64,000 nt of DNA from Oculina patagonica (lineage: Eukaryota): assembly GCF_052425735.1 (NCBI RefSeq), contig NC_135763.1, positions 35,712,001-35,776,000 of the forward strand, given 5' to 3'. Both the position numbers and the translations under genes were made by a program. A model generated the notes under the pieces. That model saw nothing but the letters and a program-made list of their open reading frames with translations. It was not told where the DNA came from and searched no databases. Shown here in pieces: positions 33,901-43,000 of the stretch (position 1 is its first letter; every line of letters begins with the position of its first letter).

Positions 33901-36900
33901 AAGGCTGCTAAGATCAGTCGACGTAGCCACTAGCTTTAATGGTTCCGCCCGAATTGTGACTAAATGGATCAAAAATGTAATGATATCACATTTCTATGAA
34001 GTTAACCGAGTTTTAGTGTTTTTGTTTGTTTGTTTGGCAGTCAATCACATTTCGCTGGGAAATTGGTATCAATGAAAAGGAAAAAGGAATCTGAAATGTC
34101 ACTTCACGTAGTTTTACTAACAGGAAAAGCATCCTAAACCACTAGGCCACGCTGAAGCTATAGATCATGACACATTTTAGCCAATCATAGCACGCACAGA
34201 ATTGCAACTGTATTAGAGGGTGCTAATGGGGTTAACAGTTAACTGACAAATGGCCTAAAAAGTAGTACTGTAGTTAACTGATATTTGCCAAAAAATTAGT
34301 AGTTAACTAAAATGAAAAGTTAACAGTTAAGTGACATTCTATTAATTATACTTAATATGAGTTTTATAATATTGTCACTCGACCCTTACCGTTACTCCTT
34401 AATGTTGTTGTTAAATGTGTGAGGAAATTTCGCTCTAAGTAAGAGGCTTGTCCTTCGATAGGTCACAATTGGAGGTTTTATGTTTGAGCTTTTTATTTCT
34501 CGTTAAAACTCACTTAAGTCATTCTGTTATCATCAGAATTTGCATCCGACCAGTTGGCGTCTATTGTTTATTGATAACAATAAAACTGAGCAAACCGACG
34601 ACTTCTCATTGGTCAGTTTTTGATTGCGAGTTCTTCTTGAGCTATAAAAAGAGCGCTACCTCTGCGAGCTTCAGGTCATAACCCGCTCCAACCATGAGCA
34701 CAGAACAAAAGCAACTGACGAAGGGAACGACTCATTTCGTTTCGAACCGGCGCATAGAAAACAGTTCTTAGAACTCTATGGCCACCATTTACGACGATAA
34801 ATCGTCGCCATCCGCATTCACGAGAAATAAAAAGCTCAAACATAAAACCTCCAATTGTGACCATCGAAGGACAAGCCTCTACTAGAGCGAAATTTCCTTC
34901 ACACATTTAACAACAACATTAAGGAGTTATATACGGTAAGGGTCGAGTGACATTATTATAAAACCTTGTTGTTGAAAAAAGCAACAAAGATTTTCCTAAC
35001 AGCAAAACTATTTCGCGACATTTACCTGTCCCGCTGCGTGACCAGATGACATACTAACTGATATAATATGCGCAAGGAACCAGGGTCGTACCAGACACAT
35101 GTTGATCTCCGTGATGGCGTCGAGTGGGGCGTGGTCAAAGGTATTCTGAGTTTTTATCGAGATGGTGACACAGGATCGGTATTCGAACGACACAGAGGTC
35201 GTTACCATTTGACATGGCAAAGCACAATTCAATGGACATAGCTTTAAACATCGGATATATCGATTTCATGGAAATCAAACGACAAGCGAAAAAGTTTCAA
35301 ATAGGTGCATTTGACAGGAGTTGTTACCTACAAACACACGGAACTGCCATGGGCACTAAAATGGCGGTCGTATCGTACAAATCAGTGCTTGACATATACG
35401 CAACCATTACAAGCCCACTGAAACATTTCAATCAGTATACTTATTACTACTCGTGCCACCCACCAGTTTTATTAAGGGGGAGGCTTTAACATTGCTTAGA
35501 ACAAATTCCTCTAAAAGAAAATTTGAGGAAAAAATTAACCACCTCCAATCACATCTTATCGAGAGAGGTTACCCAGAAAGCCTAGTCCAATGAACCCTCG
35601 CGAAAGTTTATTTTGAAAACAGGAAGCAGGCCCTTCGACCAAAACTAAAAACAAACGAAAAAATCTTGCCTTGTGTAACGATACCAACCAGCAGTACCAA
35701 ACACAGTCCATAAACTTGAACGTTGAAGCAAATACTCATGAAAACCTGGCGTAATAGAACAACAACCATTGCTCAGGAAAATATTCAATGAACCTTTCCT
35801 AATATTATACAAAAGGGGTAGGTCTCCCATAGATATACTCGTGAGATCAAAACTATTAATATGGCTAATACGCTTGCGCGAGAGTCTCGCATGCCTGTCA
35901 AGTTATTTATTTATCACTGACGTGCGAGTAAAGAAAATTCGTGTTATGTAGCAATACTTTTCGCTGTAAGAGAATGAACGTTAATGGATAACTAAAATTT
36001 AGTAGCTAGTTAACTGACAATTGGCCAAAAAAAATAGTAGTTAACTGACAATTGGCCTTAAAATTAGTAGTTAACTGACAATTGGCCTTAAAATTAGTAG
36101 TTAACTGACAATTGGCCTTAAAATTAGTAGTTAACTGACAATTGGCCTTAAAATTAGTAGTTAACTGACAATTGGCCTTAAAATTAGTAGTTAACTGACA
36201 ATTGGCCTTAAAATTAGTAGTTAACTGACAATTGGCCTTAAAATTAGTAGTTAACTGACAATTGGCCTTAAAATTAGTAGTTAACTGACAATTGGCCTTA
36301 AAATTAGTAGTTGACTGACAATTGGGCACCCCCCTTAGCACCCTCGTATTAAACTAAATAAAAAAAATTAAAATAGACCACATTAGTATTCTTATTTTGT
36401 TGTTTTGCACAATAGGACTGGATGGCATTTCTGGATCTTCCTGAGGCAATGAACGTTGACTGGCATAATGTGTCGTTCAGCGGCAGCCAGGAAATAGAGT
36501 CGTTAAATCAAACTAACTACGCATTTTGTCAGGTAAGAGGGCTTGATTTATGTGATTGAGAAATGGTGCATGTGAGCATAAATGGTGTACGTAAGCTTTT
36601 AGCTTGATTGGTTAGAGAACGTCCTTGCCTAGTTCCTGTGCGGCTTTTTTTTCCAGGACTTCGCAGTATTGCTGACGTCACTGCTCGTTTCGGTGACGTA
36701 TCCGAGGTGAACTTTTTTACTCGGACCACCTAACCCGAAAGGAGTTGACCGTGACGAAAGTAGAGGCCTAGGAACTAGGCAAAGGACGTGCCATAGCTAA
36801 AAATCGATTTATCTCTCTTACATTCTTTCATTTATGTCCAAACAGACGGTAGTCTTTAAAATGACCTTCTATGAAGCACCATTTGTTATAGTCTCAGCCG

Positions 36901-37857
36901 GTCACAGTGCTCACCAAGGCAACACGCCTGCCGAGTTCAACAGTATTTCAACTTGGGTTGAGGTAAGAACTGTAAAATACATTTTTCGAAAAACCTTTTC
37001 AGTTTGAATGCTCATGCCCGAGCTTTGGAAAAGAAAACGCGAATAATTTAATATATTCCTATAGGCGGCGGAGCAGGGGGGGCGAGGGGGTGTAGCCCCA
37101 CCCTCCCCCTCTCCCCTCCCCCACGTTTTTGTGCCGAAAATATCGCGAGCGCAGCGTAAAATTGGTTTGTCAAGATATTCCGTCTCGTGAGTGATTTCAA
37201 ACATCTTCGAAACTTCCTTGGAAGTCTTCGGAAAACTTCGTTTCTCTTCGGAAAAGTTTGAAAATGATCGGAAACGTTTGTATGGCCTTCGAACAACAAT
37301 CGGAGACTGGAAATCTTCGGTTTAGAAACTTCTCAGAAAACGGAAAAACGGAAAAAAGTTGCCCCAAATATGAAAACCTACCAAGTATTTTTGGGTGTCT
37401 AAAATGCGCCACCGCCTCTGAATTTCCGGCTTGAACTGTTAATGATCTTGTATCATTTTCCTTCGTAGACTATCGACGCGTTTGAGTGCCGCGTGTGTAT
37501 GAAAGAGCTTCATTCCCCTCATGGTTACGATCCAGTGTTCATTACAGTGCTAGCAGTTGGTAAGTTCATTTACTTCTCTTTGTGAAGAGATCACAACCTT
37601 GGATCAATTTTTTAGGGCTTGGACCCTACCCAGCCTCTCTTCTCTCCTAGCTATGTCCCTCCCTTCTAGCAATCAGAGCCTCGACTGAAAGAGAAGCTTT
37701 TAATATCCCGAATACAATATATTGGACTTTTCCTATTTACTTTTTTATTTTTTTCTATGGCAACTTTATTGCAATTAGGTGTATGCCATGTTTCACTTTA
37801 ACTTGACAGTCTATTAACAATTTTTTTTTCCTCTTTTAAGGGGCTGGTGCAGGATAG
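21961..37857 (+). CDS. Gene B: type II membrane paralogue of gene A; acidic Tyr-motif tail + TM + 3x H-type-lectin-like + follistatin/Kazal + 3x H-type-lectin-like (740 aa if initiated at CTG)
   Basis: 15 phase-consistent GT-AG exons: 21961-22093, 23420-23521, 24064-24329, 25419-25535, 27904-28068, 28791-28904, 29522-29647, 30340-30436, 31467-31685, 32253-32626, 33608-33775, 36416-36532, 36846-36962, 37469-37559, 37841-37857 (2223 nt, ends TAG). Tail (L/M)SEYNFLSADEDDGSHNSFYYDVDSEEEDEEDGEFYRRDRRKKK; TM GLLLPLLLLLIMIAILVIVIILIP. Several exon sizes equal those of gene A (97, 219, 168, 91 nt). AATAAA at ~38044. The start codon is uncertain. Confidence 0.85.
22981..23360. mobile_element. Foldback-type MITE (Kolobok-like)
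   Basis: TIR AGGAGAAGTTCATTCTAAAAATGGCACTTTT / AAAAGTGCCATTTTGGAATGAACTTCTCCT, preceded by TTAA. The arms continue imperfectly for ~160 bp. Confidence 0.7.
25162..25402. mobile_element. Short palindromic MITE
   Basis: AATAGACCATTTTACAGTTG..TGACCTGGCCTTTGAATGG / CCATTCAAAGGCCAGGTTA..CAACTGTAAAATGGACTATT. Confidence 0.7.
25549..27120. mobile_element. Non-autonomous TIR element with 7-bp TSD (P-like), interrupted by a LINE
   Basis: TIR CAGAAACCCATAAGGGTTGAAACGTGTAAC / GTTACGCGTTTCAACCCTTATGGTTTTCTG. TSD ATATAAA at 25542-25548 and 27121-27127. Confidence 0.75.
25870..26976 (+). mobile_element. 5'-truncated LINE (CR1/L2-group) reverse-transcriptase fragment with 3'UTR and (TTA)n tail
   Basis: ORF 25829-26806 contains GVPQGSVLGPLLF, MYADDTT, LGVQIDSALKW and a typical C-terminus (YNLR..GATLWNSL). 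AATAAA and a TTA-repeat tail lie at 26941-26976. Confidence 0.9.
28112..28487. mobile_element. MITE with GGAATA-rich subterminal repeats (PIF/Harbinger-like)
   Basis: Ends GGGCGCATTCTT / AAGAATGCCCCC with TAA flanks. Many GGAAT/ATTCC units inside. Confidence 0.55.
29732..30019 (-). mobile_element. tRNA-headed SINE
   Basis: The minus strand begins GGGAGGCGCGGTGGCCTAATGATTAGCGCG..GGTTCGAGCCCTGACCGGG (A/B boxes). The body TCTTGGGCAAGAC..CTCTCCACCCAG..GATGGACTGGCATCCCATTCAGGGGGAGTAG is shared with other copies in the window. Confidence 0.8.
30884..31313. mobile_element. Tc1/mariner-type MITE, TA TSD
   Basis: TIR CAGTAAACACCCGCGTGTA(G/A)GAACCTA, with TA on both flanks. Confidence 0.8.
31790..32066. 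repeat. Degenerate tandem array of ~27-30-bp TTTCCCGCGCTTAGCATCGGTTGCAG units
   Basis: About 9-10 diverged copies. A related, more decayed array lies at ~38230-38345. Confidence 0.8.
34362..34963. mobile_element. Nested foldback element with ~145-bp inverted arms
   Basis: TTTTATAATATTGTCACTCGACCCTTACCG..GAGCTTTTTATTTCTCGT is mirrored at 34820-34963. Confidence 0.75.
35310..35860 (+). pseudogene. Decayed Penelope-like retroelement RT C-terminal fragment
   Basis: Frameshifted and stopped motifs YLQTHGTAMGTKMAV, YYSCHPP, LLRTNSSK, LIERGYPE, IEQQPLL..IF.EP, YKRGRSPIDILVRSKL. Confidence 0.75.
36000..36324. repeat. 30-bp minisatellite AAATTAGTAGTTAACTGACAATTGGCCTTA, ~11 copies
   Basis: Eight perfect consecutive copies at 36061-36300 plus variant copies at both ends. 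No spacers. Confidence 0.97.
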
Positions 37858-40009
37858 AAGAATGGTGAAGACCGTGGCCTAATCCAAACGTACATTTTTC
37901 ACGCAAAAGCGAGATTACATGCAAGGAGTAAAGAGAATTTTGATACGTAGCCTCGTCCTACAATCTTATACACGTAGAATTTATTTGAGACCAGTAAGGA
38001 AAAGTCAATCCTTATTCCAGGTCTTATTAAAAGAATTTTCAGGAATAAATGTTATCGCGAACGTGTCAAGACTGTTGGTGTATAACTATAGTTAAAAGGC
38101 GAGCATTTTTCGGCTCACAGTCCACGAGAAGTAATAAATTAAAATAAAAGTTGACCTAGCAATACAGTTGAGCCAATTTTGACCAATCTGAGCACTGATG
38201 CTGCTTTTCCAAACCAATCAGGAGTTCAGGCGCTTCCCAGCTGTTGCTTGTTTTCCCGCGCTTACTGCACAAGTTCAACATTTTCCCGCGCTTACGGATT
38301 ATTCCCCGCTTGGCGCTGGCCGGCTGCAAGTTTTCCCACGCTAAGTTGTTATTATTGGCCAAATGTGATAACTCTGATGTTGGCCTTCCGACTGTCAACA
38401 AAAACCCTTGCGTTTTGCTTTGAATACATCCTCGGAGACCCAGGGGCAGTTAGTGGGGCGAAACGAAGGAATAAACCGAGCAGAAATCGTAGCGACAAAA
38501 GTTTTCAAGAAGGGCACAACTTTTGTCGCTACGATTTCTGCCCGGTTTTTTCTTCGTTTGCCCCACTCTGCCTGTCTCGAGGATGCTTGAATGTAATTTA
38601 AAATTCTAAAAGCTTATAAAACTCAAGAGCAATTAAGTGATAACCAGATAACTGTTGCTGTTTTCTTACAAAATTAATGAAAAGGCAGAAACCCTCATAC
38701 CCACGAAAGCAGGGTTTGCGTAGAATATATGATTACAAATTCTTATGAATGCCTGTTGAGCCTTAGAGTAAATCAGACAATTTAAACTGATGACGGGTTA
38801 AATATTTAATAACAATACTTGTTTTACTTTGCTTAAGTTTTACAATAATAAAGTTAACCTTGCCACACCGCACTTCTGCATTTTGTGGGTGTTCAAGGAT
38901 GAAATATCAATAAACTCATTTTTCATTGACGAAAAATGTTTCGGACTGTATTTGTAAAAATATATTGACCCATAACTTTTAAAATATCTCCATCGTCTTG
39001 AGGGCTGCCTTAGCGCTTGCATATACGTCCTTTTAAAGGACCATGATTTACTTTTAAATATGTGATTAGTGGTTCACGCTCGTGAAACAAATTTGAGAAT
39101 TAGACGAGTAAAAAGTGACAGAGGCCGGTAAGATAGCAAAACAAAAGAGTCTTTTCTCTTTCGCAATCCATTGCTGTATCAAAAACTCGTCTTACGAATC
39201 CCCTTGAAACTGCCTTAAAAATCTTTACACCGAGTACACATTTTCAAACTCTTCACTAATTCACGACGCTACCTCGATTCTTACCGCGTCTTTTTGTTGC
39301 CCAGAAACAGGACTATCCCACTGAACTGGTGAAAAGACAGTTTACATTTGCATTTAAATAAAGTGAGCCTTCCGTTTTAACTGACAGTTGATTTGATTGC
39401 TCGTAGAAGACTTCCTAACGATAACAGAAATTTATATATCGATGAAACTACTGTATACCGAACTAAAGGCGTCTCATCGTCATCTCATAAAAATGTTGGG
39501 GAAAAGAAGACTGTTACTTTTTCTTTGTTTACATAGCGTAACAGAAACACAGTATTTATTCCAAGTCGGCCTCTAGCAGCATGACCCAGTGGCTGGCAGA
39601 CTGGCTACAGATCTGCCTCCTTGTAATCGATGGAACGCAGTTTTTCTCGGCAAGGATTATTGCCAACAAATTCCACCCATCAATGAATCAGTTTTCCGAT
39701 AAGCACTCTTTCTTCAATAGATTGACCACTGAGTGGTGTTTAAACAATTTTCCTGCTTGCCCTCGGGTTTTTGGTCGACCATGTAATACTTTCAGCGGTA
39801 AGAAAAATAATAGAAATTGCAGTATGGTCTTTAAATATAAATCTGAATCTACTTCGTATACCGTGCCATGCGAAAGCTATCGCTTAAAGAAAAACATAGC
39901 TCACATGTATTAAAACAAAATACATTAACTGAACAGGCTCTCTTTTATGGATAGACAACCTTTCTATAACTTTGCCTAATAATAATAACTTTTGGTCGGG
40001 AGGGGTAGT

Positions 40010-43000
40010 TCATTTCTCTTCCTTAGGAGGTGCTAGTGGGGGAGTTAGCGGTAGCATGTATCCTGAAGACACGACTTTGCCAATGGTTTCCACTTGGAAT
40101 CCAATCTCATGTAGATGGCAGTGATCCAGAATCATTCGGCCATCAAACGCAAAGGCTGGTTTCAGCATGCTGTCATAAATACGCTTGTAGTCATACGTCT
40201 GAAAACAAAAATATATATATGTCTGAATTTATCAAAACCAGGTCAAGGAAATTTTCACCGTTTTAAGCGCAAATCGCAGTAAACGCGTTTTTTTCTCGCC
40301 AGAGACTCCAAAAAATCTCCAAACTCGATGTTATAAAAACTAAAGGGAATGTCAGTCTTTTTTTCTCTTCTCCTCTCTCTTCTCCACCTTTCAGCGCTGT
40401 ATTTCTTCTTTTTTTTCCCTTTCTTGTGGCGCTTTAAGGCAATTCGCGCAGTAACGTACTTGTTCAAGAATACTGACGTCACTTTTCTTTGACCCGGTTT
40501 TGATAAATTCAGACATATATATTGAAATGTTCATCTGCAACGCGTAAGTTTAATTTGATTGGCAAAGAAGCATTTAATATTTAATAATCAGGGTTGCCAC
40601 AGGTCAGGAAGTGGTCAGGTGAAAAAAAGGAATTCTTGAAGGTTATTTTGTGTCCGAGAAAATTAACATTTTGAAGAAAAGTCGGGGAAAATGCCAGCAT
40701 TTACACAACTAGTTTTGGATATGAAAAAAGTAATTTAAAAGCCGAATGGGTGGAAATTGTTGTAAAGGATTTACTTTATGGCAGAATTATCGATGTTTTG
40801 CCCTTGGTACCTTAGTCACACGACTGTTAGTTGTGACAAAAATCAGTCGAGTTTTATTTTTAGTTCGCTGCTTTTGGAGGGTCATTTCTTTCAGGATTTG
40901 CTAACTACAGTTAATTTTTACCACTACTTTCGGAGTTTCGTAACTTTCAAGGATTCGTTACTTTTGGACCTTTATGGCACAGTGACAAAGACAAAAGAAG
41001 GTCGAGTTTTATTTGAGGTCTTATCTTTTGAAGGGTCATTTCTTTCAGAATTTGCTAACAACAGTTAAGATTTACCACCACTTTTGGAGGTTTGCAACTT
41101 TAGAGGATTCGCTACTTTGGGAATTTTACGGAAGAGTAAAAACGTACATAAAACAACGCCTGATAACATATTTTTTTAAGCTAAAAAGCGGCGGCAGGGA
41201 GATTCCAGGGCTAACTTGAAGATCCAATATTGAATTATGATAAGCACGCAATGCGTATAGAGGGCAAGGTAGTTGTTGTAATAATGAATGCTTGGAGGAA
41301 TAATAGATAGTGTTGATCCTGTCAGAGCAATTGAGGCCAAAGTTCCAAGCAATTTCCAAGAAACAACTAGTAAGCTTTCAGTTTCTGTCACTACTGAAAA
41401 TTCAAAATTAGACATGAAAACAAGGACAGAATACAAACCTTGAACTCGTCCCACTCTGTACAGATGACTAGTGCATGTGCATTTTCCACAGCTTTGTAGG
41501 GATCATTAACAATTGTTATCAGACGGTCCACTGAGGAAACAAGTAGACAAATTTATTAAAATTTGAATAAATCAAATCTTGATGATTACTTGTGGTGTAT
41601 ATGAAAAACACTGCATTGACTACAGGTCACAGAAGTTTGGGGTAAAATACCTCTTTCTGGATCTTCAGAAATGGATGGGTGTGTCAACTCCCTGAGAACA
41701 AAAAAGCAACACAATAGTTTGACAGTGTACATGAAGTTTAATTATGTGCTGGACTCTAAATGGAGTGGTCCGAGTTTAAGCCCTAACCTCAGGCTACGCA
41801 AACTTTCTTTGTGTTCGAAGAACGTCTGCGTAGAAGGCTTTTTGAGCCCTGGCCAGGGTTACTGCTCAGAGTACCCCTTTTTACCCAGGTGTATAAATTG
41901 GTACTGGCGAATTTAATACAGGACCTGGGGACCCTTTGATGGACTATCATCCCAAACAGCGAGGAGTAGAAATACTCCAAGTCACTTACTGCTATGAAAA
42001 CCAGGATTAACCCCAGCCTGATAGGCCACTAGGCCTAAATGTAGATTTAACTTTGGCTTACCTTAACTACTGACTTAAGTATGAGATCTTATGTCCTGGA
42101 AGGTTGAAGCCCTGGTACCAATACATGTATTTCCTACATGTACATGTCCTTCCATCATACAACTATTTAAGGACCGAATGCATTTAGGATTTTTATGTCT
42201 TTGACATCAACCTATAACAGCATTCCTTTTACTTACAAATGGATTTGATCTTTTTCAACCTTGGGATCATACACTGTTATCCGTGCTCCTTCATCCATCA
42301 GATATTTACAGATGTAAATGCTTGCTGATTCCCTATCACAAAAAGATGTTATGTCAGAAGTGAGAACTTGGCCACTTGAGACAAGAAAAGAAGTACATGT
42401 ATTATATATGAAATCAATTTAATGTCCACATTCGCCACTAACATAACAGTTATAAAAATATTTAATTCTCAAGTTCATGTATAAACTGGTGTGCTTATTT
42501 TGTTATTCAAATGTTCATCACTGACTTTTGATGTCCTGCAGCGGATTTACATTATCACAAGATAGTCAACAAAAATAATACAGTCTAACACCTCCTAAGG
42601 AACACCCTTGGAACCAGAAAAGTTGCCCCTGCAAGGAAAACTAAACATCTAAGAAAACTAAAGAAAAAAAAAAGGAAAACTAAACTAAAAAAAATCCCGG
42701 GCGGGGTGGGCGGGCAGAGCCCTTGCCAGGAAAACTTGCTCCCACAGACAAAAAATTCTAGGTACGGCCCTGAGGTGGCTGCCTTTGTGCAGCACCAGTC
42801 AGAGAGCAATAAAAGAAACTTTAAACACATGAATCTCCCTTTCACAGGAGGCTGCATAAATCTTAGCTGGTGGTTCACAGCAGGGCATCCATAGAAGTTC
42901 TGGCAGTTTCCAGGTATTATTGAAAGCTCTGAAGAGAACTGACTTTCTATGATAATGGCACACCTGGTGTCTCCTGTATTCTTCTTGAAGGCAAATCCAA

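Larger units (their letters stand above)
34216..36345. mobile_element. Composite non-autonomous TIR element, GAGGGT termini, 6-bp TSD
   Basis: TIR GAGGGTGCTAA / TTAGCACCCTC. TSD GTATTA at 34210-34215 and 36346-36351. Subterminal AGTTAACTGACA motifs at both ends. Confidence 0.78.

Noticed and set aside
36000-36341. CRISPR-like array, or the repetitive ORF (NCQLTTNFKA)n
   Set aside because: Units are contiguous with no spacers, there are no cas genes and the context is a eukaryotic intron. The ORF is a by-product of a 30-bp unit lacking stops.
39581-39913. 110-aa plus-strand ORF
   Set aside because: It has no recognisable motifs and lies antisense within the probable UGDH 3'UTR (minus-strand AATAAA at ~39555).
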